From Octopus vulgaris (taxonomy: Eukaryota), in the NCBI GenBank assembly GCA_951406725.2, contig OX597822.1, positions 77,252,001 to 77,316,000 of the forward strand: DNA of 64,000 nt, in the 5' to 3' direction. The notes beneath the pieces are model-generated. The model was given only the letters and a program-made list of their open reading frames with translations. It did no database searches and was not told where the DNA came from. A program made the position numbers and the translations under genes. This document shows, piece by piece, positions 52,490-64,000 of this stretch (position 1 is the stretch's first letter; the number at the start of each line of letters is the position of its first letter).

Positions 52490-53531
52490 TCTCTCTCTTT
52501 CTTTCTCTCTCTGTTTTTACCACAGAGAACAGTCATTCCGTACTGCGTTAATCTTCTGTCATTGGCGCTTGAGTTGAACGACGGATTACAGCAGAAAAAT
52601 GAAAGTCTTAAGGAAAGAAGGAAGATGAAGAAGAAAAGAAAGAAAGAAAGAAAGAAAGAAAAGGAAGGAAGGAAAAAGAAAGGAAAGGAGAAAGGCAAGT
52701 GTGGAAGTAAAGTGGAACGTAGCAAAAAAATGAAAGAGATAATAAGAATCTGTTGATGTGAAGGAAGGTGGGAATAAGAAGTCAAAGAAAGAAAGAAAGA
52801 AAAAAGCTGGAAAGGATTGAATTCATTCAAACTTTCTTTTTGATTTCAGAAAAGAGAAAAGGAAAATTAAAATGTAAAATAAATAAATAAATAAATAAAT
52901 AAATAAATAGATAAAATTAAATTTTAAAAAACACAGACAAGAGGATTAAAAAAGAACATGGTGAAGAAAATATTAAGAAATATGAAGACAAAAGTTAAGA
53001 AAAAATCTAAGAGAGAAGGAGAGAAAGAAAAAGAGAGAGAAGGAGAAAAAGAGAGAGAAAGGGAAAGAGAGAGAGAAAATAGAAATTGTAAAAGTAAATA
53101 ATTATAAAGAAAAAACAAGTTCCAAACATGGAAGAATAAAGATTCTACTTTGTTCTTTTGAAGTAAATCTCTGACTTGTGTGTTTCCTGAACTTTCTTGA
53201 GCGTTACAAGAATATGGAAATGGTTGCTAATATAAAAGGAGAAAATTTAAGAATTGTTTGTGAAATTGTTTGTATTTTTGTAATGTTTAAAATGAATTTT
53301 TGGAAATTTGGTGAAGGATGTGGTACCTAAGTAAGGAAAATACTTCGTGGTTCTTGTTAGAACTGTTAGAAATGGTGGCCATGCTTTTCTCAAGTCGCAT
53401 CCTAGCGTCTTGGAGAAACAAGGATATTGTTATCAGATAATGGATATTGTTATCAGATATATTTATACATATCACTTTTAAGTTATTTCTACAGATAACT
53501 TTGTCTGTGTAATCTGAGTAAGTTTGCTCAA

Positions 53532-53589
<58 letters not shown>

Positions 53590-53590
<1 letters not shown>

Positions 53591-54882
53591 GCGGTCTGCC
53601 TGACAAGTAACGGGACTGATATCTCAACCAATTTATTTCAATTTCAAGCAACAAATTCTAAATGGTTTCCCTTTCAGAGTTTAACGCACTTTTTCATCCT
53701 TCTCTGCCACGCTTTTATGCACTGCTGGAAGGATTCGTCTGGAATGCCCCTCAGCTTCGTCGTTACAGCCTTCCTGTCTGGAATGCCCCTCAGCTTCGTC
53801 GTTACAGCCTTCCTGATGACCTCCACGCCTTCAAAACAGGTTCCTTTGATGATCTCTTTAGCTTGGGGAAAAGAAAAAAAGTCTTACGAAGCAAAGACAG
53901 CTGAAGTGGGAGGTCGTACATGCACGGCGACGTTCTTCCCGGCCAGGAACGCCCGGATGCTCAAGGCGTTGTGAGCAGCTGCATCGACGTGGTGTGGCAG
54001 CTGCGATTTCTCCTGCTGCAGCTCGTGTCTCTTCTCGCCCAACGAGCGAAGCAAACGGCGCAGGATCCCTTTGTAGATCTGTTGATTCATCGTCTGACCA
54101 TGTGGCGAGAACTCACTGTGACTGAGACTTTTGACTTTGACTGTCTCGCTTCGTTCGGCCTCGGAGACGTTGGAGACTTTCATTGACAGTTCTGGCACTT
54201 GGTTTCCAGCTCGTACTCAAAAGTGCATGTCTCACCACTAGTGATAACCCTACGAAGCAAATCTGGTTCAGTTTGAAGACGTTCGCTGATGTCCTGACAC
54301 ACCTGCATGTGGTGCTCCTTCTGTCTTGGTATAATTTTTGCTCAGACTTTCCGCACGCCCGAATCTTCAGTGATAATCTTCCAAACGCTGTACTTTTCCA
54401 TGCGATCATTCGAACAGTCAACCGACGATCGCCACGCACCACTGGCCTTATCCGCTCAACGTTGACCTCAGTCCTGCTTGTTGATGGCCTCTCTCTCTCT
54501 CTCTCTCTCTTTCACCTCCTCACGCCCCTCTTTGAACATCTTGTGCTACTCAAATACACCTGTGTGCACGACATGGTGTTATCCTCCGTACACTTGCCAA
54601 AGCATTTCAGCTGCTTGTAACGACGTTTTCCTGGCCTCGACCAAAAATCTCAGGTTTGTTCGTTATTCGGTGTTCATCGTTCGTTCCTCAAGGGTCATAC
54701 CTGAACGACCTGAAAAAATGATGTAAACAAAAACATGTGAAAAGATATACAAGAGTTCCAGAAGGTTAAGATTAGAGTTATATACTCTATATCACGTTAG
54801 ATGATAACACAATCCGCTTATGCCTATTTCGCCTAAAACTCGCACGGCACATCCAGTCCCGTTACTTTACAGACAAACCTCG
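53590..54882 (-). mobile_element. Full-length but decayed mariner element (1293 bp)
   Basis: 29-bp TIRs CGCGGTCTGCCTGACAAGTAACGGGACTG / CGAGGTTTGTCTGTAAAGTAACGGGACTG with TA on both sides; transposase remnants DRRLTVRMIA, VITSGETC, GQTMNQQIYKGILRRL, HHVDAAAH; internal 39-bp tandem duplication at 53737-53814. Confidence 0.92.
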
Positions 54883-57800
54883 TATTTATACTTGAATGTG
54901 AATCATTTGGAAAATTTAAGTCTGCTTTCTCTTTTTACATGTATATATCTATATATATTTCGTACATTTAAACCTAAGGTTTTCATCTGTTTATTTTGAA
55001 TCATTGTCGCCACATTTGCTCATTTGGATTCCCCTAATAGCCACTCTTTACCCTGATAACTTGGTCCTCGGTGAAGATGTTGGGGTGGAAATTTAAATCA
55101 TTTGAGCACTACAAAGTGTTTTATATATTGAGATTCTCTCGATCTCATCTGTTGATTCCATATTTATATATTGATATACACACACACACATGCACTACGT
55201 CCGTATCACTGACACTGTTCCAATGCAGAGAAACTGTGTCAGTGACCAGAACGCAGATATGCGACGAAACTTTTGACAACTCAGGAAATATAAGAAAAGT
55301 AAACATAACTGGCTTTTTTTTAGGAATTTTATGTGGCCCAAATGGTTGTTTTACGATCTAACTAAATTGCTTGTTTTATCTTACTATTCAGAATTTCCCA
55401 ATTTTAAGATGCTTGTAAAAGAGCTGTCAGCCGTAATGGATATTTCTCAACCCAAGAAACTACAGACGTTTACGATGTCAGGACTGTCTTGAGTTCTCGG
55501 GTTCATAAGGCTGGTTACTCGGTTTGAGATCATAATACTTACCTCTTGCTAAGTGAACTGGTCTGGGGCTATACAACAAGAAGAACAACAACAGCAACAG
55601 CAGCTGGTTGATAATGTACTAGATCTCTCACGCTTGCTGTTTCTTACTTTACTGTCCACTTTGGAGAATACTTAAACCTTGTGATTACTTCCCATCATCA
55701 AGTGAAATTGACTTCAGTTGCCATTTTGTAATTATAATACATCCTCTACAAGTACAGATAATTTCAATAAACCAAGGATTTATGTTGTATGGTATTTGAT
55801 GCACCTATGAGTTCAAATACGTGCTGGTACCAACTCTGAGTTATTTCCCTTAGCTTATTTTCTTTTATACAAGTTACCAATGCCCTTTCTTCTACTCTTT
55901 TTTCTATAAGTCTTAGTCCTTTGATAACTGGCGATAAGGTCGAACAACTGTAGCGCTCATGACAACTTTCGAGGCAGAACTATCCGCCTTGACTGTTCTC
56001 CTAAATTTAGGCGCATTAGCTTTGGAAACTTCTTGAATCATGAAATTATCTTCTCTTCTCAAATGGAACTGGTCTTAATTGCCATTTAGTATTTATGATG
56101 CATCCTTTAGAGGCGGAGATAATTCTAATAAAATAGGGGTTTATGTTGTTAGTATTTGGTATACCTGTACTTGTCTTGGCTGTACTAATAGTATACCCGG
56201 GTATGCACCCAATTTACTACGATTTCATGGCTGTGTGGTTAAGGCTTTTGACTTCACCACTATAAGATCTCAGGTTCAGTTCTATTGCATGGTATCTTTT
56301 TAGGCAGACCAATGTTTTTTTTTTTGTTTTTAGTAAAATTGGTAAAACGAAATCTCTACAGAAGCCCGCTGCGTGCACGCACACTTATACATATATGTAT
56401 GTATGAATGTAGGCATCTGTGTGTGTATGTGTGTATGTACGTGTGTGTGTGCGCGCGCTTACCTGTTTGAATGTGTTTGTCTCTATAGTTTTATTTTGAC
56501 ACCGTTGACAAAGAGGGAGGAAAGAAACGATATCTGAGTTATGTCTGTAATTTAGCTCAGATTTTGAAATAAGTACATCTATTCCCATGGCTTTGGGGTT
56601 AAAAAACAAACAAAAATGTGTTAAATGAATCAATGATAACTGAATAATTTTTTTCTTTAGTTCACTGGTGGCATGTTGATGGATGGATATCTTACGTAAA
56701 ACCTTATGAAACATACACAGCCTCGTAGCACGGTGATATAAACACGGGTGATATTCAGGACATTCTAGGTAGCTGACCATTGTCGCTGGGACGCGTTTTT
56801 GCATGGTCCGACCAGATTCTTTGACTAACAGCCACCGACCCATGTTATCACAGATCAATTCGTGATAAGCGAAACACGATTCACAATTAAGCGTACAATT
56901 TTATCTCGGATTAGGGATAATGAATCTGTGACAAACGGGGATAGATACACACTACATCCTTCCAGGTGGTGCTTCAGTACGGTCGCTGACCGGTGAATGA
57001 AACAACTTAAAACAGAAAAAGAGTCAAAATACATCAATATTGTAATACTAGAAATGCAGTCACTCAATGCTTAATCGATTGTGGATTCATAATAGGTTTA
57101 GAAATCATGTATGCATTATCCACCGAAAGAGATTAGATACTTTAGTTAGTATACTCCTTCTTTTTCAATGGTTGCTTCAGCTGTCATGCGGTATTCATTC
57201 TGACATCTTCCTATGTATATTGCTAGATAATAGCCACTTCAGGGTCACAGAAGTAATGGATGCCTGAAATACATAGTTTCTACAACATTACACTTGCTTT
57301 TAAAACCAGCAGTGTAGTTTTACTTCACTTTAGTAGATTTTAAAATGGCGCTAAAGGGCAGCACCAGTAAAGAGCAAAGGTCATGCTTTTTACGGGAGTA
57401 GACTAACACTAATCAGACGATAAATGTCGGAAGCAGACGACAAACGTCGGAAGTAAATATAGAGGCTAGCAGGATGTGAGAGATATATGGTTATTGAAGC
57501 GTGGTGACGGTCATGAAAGTGTTGAGTAGATTGTAGTACATTAAATTTTTACTGAGATTTATTTTTGTTCTAGAGAAATGATTTATAGTGTTTCAACAGA
57601 AACGTAATTTTGAACGACCCAACGAAGGAACTTCTTGGTTATACCACAGCTACAAATAACAACTAAGCTATACGATCTGAATATGATTATTTCGTTAATT
57701 TATTCTTTTATTTCTGCTACTTGTTTCGGTCATTGGACTGCGGCCATGCTGTAGCACATCTTTGAAGCATTTTTATTCGAACAAATCGATCTCAATCTGT

Positions 57801-58189
57801 ACGTATTTTAGTTTGGTATTTAGGATATTGGTCTTTCTTCCACGGAACCGCTTAATTAGGAGGACAATACCGGTTGTCAAGCGGCGTAGAGGAAAAAACA
57901 CAGCTACAAAGACGTGCTCATACACACACGACGAGATTCCACGCAGTTTCTTTCAACCAAATTCGCCCACATGCCACTGGTCATCCCGGGGCTTTGTTAC
58001 CTCTCCTCGGAACTTTCCAGGAAGTTTCTTATTATTCCTCCTCGGACTTTCCAGGAAGTACCTCCTGCTCCTCCCCTTCCTCACTTTCCCCCTCTCAGTT
58101 CCCCCACCTCGAAACTTTCCAGGAAGTACCTCCCCTCCTCCCCTTCATCTACTTGCTCCTCTCAGTTCTACCTCCTCGGAACTTTTGAG

Positions 58190-58703
58190 ATGAAAATTTT
58201 GAAAAACATTTCAAAAATTTGTTGAAATATTTGAAATATATTGCCTATACTGGCGATATAGGCCTTTGGTGCCTGTATAGCCTATATAGGCCCACCAGGA
58301 CCTATATAGACTATATAGGCACTCCTATATAGACTACAGAGGCCCAGGCTTACCTATATAGCCTCTGAAGAAAACCCTGGGCCTATATTGCAAATTTTCT
58401 GCCTATATAGGATTTCAATGAAAATTTTCAAAAAATTTTCAGTTGTTTTCCATGAAATTTCTGAAAAACTTTTCAAAGGCATCTGATGAAAATTTTGATA
58501 TATTTTTGAACTACTATGAGGAAACTTTTGAAGAAGTTTTCAAAGCATTTTGTGAAAATTTTGAAGAACTATATTGCATATGTAGACACCCCTGGGCCTA
58601 TATAGCCTATATATGTTCCCTGGGCCTATATAATGAGGCTCAAATTTCGCCACAGGATCTGCAGTTCCATAACACTACAGCAACAGTCTCAGATCTTGCC
58701 ACA
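58190..58703 (+). repeat. Left arm of a ~510-bp inverted repeat built of gcctatatag and gaaaattttt modules
   Basis: Aligns to the reverse complement of about 60015-60530; the two pseudo-ORFs 58443+ and 59982- are similar. Confidence 0.8.
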
Positions 58704-59029
58704 GGGGTCTGCTTTCACATAAGACTACAGCAACTGTCTCAGATTTCACTCCAGGAGCAGCAATTCCATAACACTACTAGTAATTACCTCACATTTTTCC
58801 ACTGAAGCTGCCACTTCATAGCACTACAGGTAACAGTTTCAAATATCGCCACAGGAACAGCAACTTCAGAACTGTACTAATACTGGTTTCAAATTTCACC
58901 ACAATTGCAGGAACTCCACAAGAGTACTAGTAATGGTTTCAAATTTCCCAACAAGGGCGGCAATTTTCAAAACTGAAAATAACACTGATATATATTAACA
59001 GATATATTTACCAGAATTACATAAAAATA

Positions 59030-59990
59030 TCTTGAAATATTAAAGCATAAATATATTCAATAAAATCGCCATTGGCTTCAACCACAGCCTCTAGATGACT
59101 TCAGAACTTCCTGCAACTCTGAACAGTCTCCTTTTTTTAAGTGGGTCAGTGGTGCCATAATCATTGCCTTCAGTTCATCTTTGGTGTAAAAGGAGCTTTG
59201 TTGGTTTCTTGCTCAACTGTGCTCCACACATAATAATCAAGGGGGTTGCAGTCTGGGGAGTTAGGTGGCCAGATGTTAGGGATGATGTGGTCACAGAAAT
59301 TGTCTAATAGCCATCGCTGGGTACTCCTGCTTGTGTGGCATGGCGCCGAATCTTGTTGCTAGACGTAGGATCTTCCAGCAGCCACCCCCTTGATCTAGAG
59401 CAGCACTACCTCCTTCAGGCATTTGATGCAGGCCTCCGTGTTGAGTATGTTTTGGGTACACTGCTGTGGGTTCACCATCTGATCTTGGCAGAAATTCTTT
59501 CGTCTGAGAAAAAAAGAAAGCATGTTGATTTGGATGGTATTCTTGAGCTTGTTCAAAAGCTTCGTAGTGTGATGTTTCCTCTTGTCCTTCATGGCTTGGG
59601 ATAAAAATTGGCCCTTTCTCATTTCGTATGAAGAATACCAAATGTCTTCATGCACTACCTGCCTGATAAAGAAACTCAGACACTTCCATGACCCTGGCAA
59701 TAGACCTGACTGACTTGGAAGGATTCTTGTCAATCATGACCTGGATCCCACCAACAGTTCTTTTCTTATCAGAATTATCAAAGTGAGATTTCTGAGCTGC
59801 TGTATTTTTGTAATCACCATTAGACTCTTTCAAATCTTTCTGAATCCGCTGCACTTTCCTCAGATTAACATCAAAACACTCTGAAATGTTCATATTGGTG
59901 CTTCTGGCGTGAATGCCAAGCAGTACAACATGTCGTTTCCAAATTTCTGTTGGAGTGAATTGTGTCTTGGTACTGTTTTCCTTACAGTGT
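59030..59990 (-). mobile_element. maT-type (DD37D) Tc1/mariner transposase remnant lacking recognisable own TIRs
   Basis: QQDSAPCHTSRSTQRWLLDNFCDHIIPNIWPPNSPDCNPLDYYVW has 37 residues between the two Asp; stops and frameshifts elsewhere. Confidence 0.85.
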
Positions 59991-60014
59991 GCAACTGACC
60001 CTACTGTACTGCCC

Positions 60015-61520
60015 CATGGTGAGATCTGAGACTGTTGCTGTAGTGTTAAGGAATTGCAGGCCCTGTGGCAAAATCTGAGCTTCATTATATACGCCCAGGA
60101 AACCTATATAGGCTATATAGGCCCAGGTGTGCCTATACAGGCAATATAGTTCCTCAAAATTTTCACGAAATTCTTTGAAAACTTTTTCAAAAATTTCATC
60201 AGATTCCTTTGAAAAGTTTTTCAGAAATTCCATGGAAAGCAATGGAAAATTTTCTGGAAGTTTTCATTGAAATTCTATATAGGCACAGATTTTGCAGAGG
60301 CTATATAGATACCCCTGGGTCTATATAGCCTATATAGTCTATATAGGGGTGCCTATATAGTCTATATAGGCCCCGGTGGGCCTATATAGTCTATACAGGC
60401 AGCATCGACTATATAATCCCAGGCCCAGGGCGCCTATACAGCCTATATAGACTATATAGGCAATATAGCTTATATAGGCAATATATTTCAAAATTTTCAG
60501 CAAATTCTTTGAAAACTTTTTCAAAAATTTCGTCTAACACCTTTGAAAAGTTTTTAAACATTTTTACGAAATTCCTTAGAAAAGTTTTTCAGAAATTATG
60601 TGGAAATCAATTGGAAATTTTTTCAAAATTTTCAAATTCCTTTGAAACGTTTTTAAAAGTTTTCATCAAAACCCTTTATAGGTGCAGAAGTTGCAGTATA
60701 GTCCCAGTTGTTTGTAGAGAGTCTATAGAGGTTCATGGGTGATTATAGGCTATACAGGCCCAAGTTTGCCAATATAGTCTATATTGGCCCAGGGGGATCC
60801 TATATAGGCTATATAGGCCCATGGGGGCCTATATACACTATATAGGCCCAGTGGTGCCTATATAGTTCTTGAAAATTTTCACCAAATACTTTGAAATTTT
60901 CTTCAGATATTTCATTTAAATTTTTGAAAATTCCTTAAAAATTTTCTTCAGAATCTCCTGAAAATTTTTTCAGAATTTTCACTAAATTCCTGTGTAAATT
61001 TTTTCAGAAATCTCATAGAAATCAATTAAAAAGTTTTTCAAAATTTTCATCAAAATCCTATACAGGTGCAGAAGTTGCAATATAGGCCTAGGTGTTCCTA
61101 GAGAGTCTACTGAGGCCCAGGGGAGACTATATGGGCTATTTATACCCATGGGTGCCAATATAGACTGTATAGGCCAAGTGGGGGCCTATATAGATTATAT
61201 AGGATCCTAGGCCTACATAGGTTATATAGGGCCGGGGGGCTGCCAAATAGCCTAAGTAGGCCCCGTGGGCCAATATAGTTTTGCAATTTTTCATCAAATT
61301 CCTTTGATAAGTTGTTCAGAAATTTCAAGGATTACAATTGAAAATTTTTTGAAATTTTCATCAAACTGGTGCAGAAGCTGCAATATAGGCCCAGTTTTTC
61401 TTCAGAGGTTATATAGACCCATGGGTTCCTATATAGTCTAGATAGACCTTGGTGGCTCTATATAGACTATACAGGCCCCCTGGACCTATATAGATTATAT
61501 AGGCCAGGGGGGCCTATACC
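60015..61520 (-). repeat. Right arm plus further tandem modules of the same satellite-like repeat
   Basis: Alternating ctatataggccc and tgaaaatttttc blocks. Confidence 0.8.
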
Positions 61521-62927
61521 CTCTATATACATTTTGCAGAGTGTACTGTGTGCTCATACATGGCTCTGCACAGGCACTTTTATGTGGAACTGTATGGGTG
61601 CTTACACCACGAGAGGAACCAGTCTTAACATTTCTGCTGTGGAGTACAGGTTTTCTTGAGTACATAAAGGTGTTAGGCATCTTGGTCCTTTGTCATTTTA
61701 TATATATACATTGAACAATGCAATCATTACATCAATTTAAATGCTAGTGTCATATATGAGGTGAACTTACCCCCTAGTATTATATATATTAAATTATATA
61801 TATTTTTTTTACTATTCTCTATAATTTCTTATTGTGTTTTCTTATTTTGATATCTTTACCTATTAACCTCTTATCTCTTATAAGTTATTAATGTTCTTAA
61901 AGAGAAATGTATACTTTCTAGTTACTCAAGTCTAGAAGAGTCGATTATAACATACCCATAATAAAGTAGAAATATTTGTGCATATTTGCATGTGTGCACA
62001 TAGTTAAATATGTGTATGCATCTGTACACAACTTATTTTTCTGATCTTTTTCTGATTCTTAGCTTATATTTATTATAAAGATAGCATGATTTATCACCCC
62101 AGTATTCCATAAGTAAATACCCAGAGCAATCTTTATTGAAATCACCTTATAAGTAAATAATTAAGAACAGGTATGAATATTAAACTAATGTTATGTAATC
62201 TTCCCTTTCTAATGTTTAAAACTGGTATATGTACACAATTTATCTATTCTGGTTATAATATCGTTTTTAGTAATCTAAAATTTTATCTTCATACAATATA
62301 ACAATATTGTTTATATACAATCATCCATTGTCCTCCATGATAGTTTCCTCTGTATGAACATTGTAGGTTTTATCAATGTCTAGCTCCTTTAACCGGTAAT
62401 TAACATCTTGATTTAGGGTCTTCCCCTACCCAGCCTCCTTTATAGACAGTTACAAATTTTCTAAATCCTGACAATATTTATAACCATCCCCAACTATAAA
62501 TTGTCAACTCTGTCCATCCATTCTAAACAGACACTCTCCTCTAGCCTTAGATTTGGTAGTTGATAAAAAGAAGACTAATAAATTAACAATGAACCACAAT
62601 CATTTACAATCTTGATCCTAACAAAATCCATACATTTCTTAGAAGTGTAGTATACTCTGAGTCACATTAGTAGCAACATGGACTTTCTCCCTCTTCATGC
62701 TCAATTAGAAAATTTGTGTAAAATTTTATTAATGTTTCCAACTGATTAAAAAATTCTATTTATATTTTCATACAGCTGAGGATAGCCCTACATTTAAATT
62801 GATATAATGATTGCATTGTTCGATTAAATGGAGCCACTTGAAACGGTCGTACTGCACACCTCTTGATATCCTGTTGCTTATTTTGAATTTATTCACCTTA
62901 CTTTGCGTTGTACGGATAATAATCTCT

Positions 62928-62976
<49 letters not shown>

Positions 62977-63299
62977 CCTTCATATCTTGATAATGTGTGG
63001 ACTAAGATCTCCTTTGACAGGCTGCTGGTATTTATAGAGTGTTAAACACTTTCGGTATGCAAATTTAGGGATTCCTTCATAGAGAGAGATTGTGTGTGTT
63101 TATGAAAGCCGAGACGGAATAAAAATACGTTTGTAGTTAAAGGGAAATAACTATATATTCCAACTGCGACGGTAAGTACATAATTATCTCCCTTCTACTA
63201 TAGTGAAATAGTAGAGAAGCGAGATTAATTAGGATTATTATTTACAAGCTAGCCTAGTGTCGTAAAAAATGACGACTAATTGTAGTATTTTAAACTTAA

Positions 63300-63699
63300 C
63301 TAGCAGTATCGCCCGGCGTTGCTCGGGTTTGTTTTGACCCTTTAGAATTGGAATTTTTGAAAAGTAAAAATTTTGCATTATGTTGTTTGTTATTTTCTTT
63401 AAGTGAACATTTTTCTGGTTGAAATACATCGAAAAATGGCGACACAGCAGTCAAAAAATCGTAAAAAATAGGGATTTTCATAGAAAAAAAAAGCACCTTT
63501 TTGATGTTAATAATATTTGGTGTTAACGTGGTCCGATTTGAATTTTTTTTTCTTCTACTGAAGGAAGAGCAAGCCATTCTCCTATCATTCTCTCAATTTT
63601 GGTCAACTTGCGCCGCAGGGTCTCGGAGAAGATAGTGTTAGTTGAAGGCTATCAAACCTGCTATACACAGACAACTTCAGCTTTATATATAGAGAGAGA
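63300..63699 (-). mobile_element. Non-autonomous Helitron (~400 bp)
   Basis: Minus strand A|TCtctctctatatataaagctg ... hairpin cccgagcaacgccggg ... CTAG|T; no TSD. Confidence 0.85.
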
Positions 63700-64000
63700 T
63701 GGAGGTAAGGTACATAATAGAGGTAAGGTACATAATAAGGTACACGAACACACATACACACATTTACTCCAATAAAGTTGAAACGCTCATTTTCCTTTTC
63801 AGCTTTGAATGTTCACACAAACTCCCGTTTACATACACACACACACGCATACTCACGCAGAGTTGAATCGCTGTTTGATATCCTTCTTTCACCAAAGAAC
63901 TTCCATCATTTCACTACCAAGTTTGCCGTCACCTCTTCCTTCCTTATTCATCTTTCACTCCTTCCGTCCTTTCTCATTCATATATTGTGACGGAGAAAAA

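Noticed and set aside
51726-52551. Poly-D/G/V/P/T ORFs
   Set aside because: Compound trinucleotide microsatellite open in several frames on both strands.
56690-56860. Cys/His-rich stretch resembling a piggyBac C-terminus
   Set aside because: Spacing imperfect, with no TIR or TTAA support.
58630-58975. CRISPR-like array
   Set aside because: Eukaryotic context; whole units are homologous with no unique spacers.

Overview
Repeat-dominated, AT-rich eukaryotic DNA. The SINE families and microsatellite load point to an octopus (coleoid cephalopod) genome; this is inferred, not database-checked. One credible protein-coding gene is present: a single-coding-exon, 537-aa secreted and probably GPI-anchored leucine-rich-repeat protein (30053-31666, +). 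Nearly all other ORFs in the track are microsatellite artefacts or decayed transposon fragments. The rest is tRNA-derived SINEs, LINE remnants (Tx1/L1, Dong/R4, RTE, CRE), DNA-transposon remnants (mariner, maT DD37D, hAT MITE, foldback MITE, Helitron) and microsatellites. Most notable: (1) a tRNA-headed, SINE-like element whose tail carries a minimal type I hammerhead ribozyme, inserted as a head-to-head pair inside one 16-bp target-site duplication; (2) about ten hammerhead-like motifs in total, from several unrelated small repeats, three sharing the same U4C core change; (3) a Tx1/L1-type LINE that appears to target (GATA)n, with two independently truncated copies each flanked on both sides by the repeat. 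Together these suggest nested microsatellite-targeting retroelements using TA, TAA and GATA arrays. All alignments and folds were done by eye.
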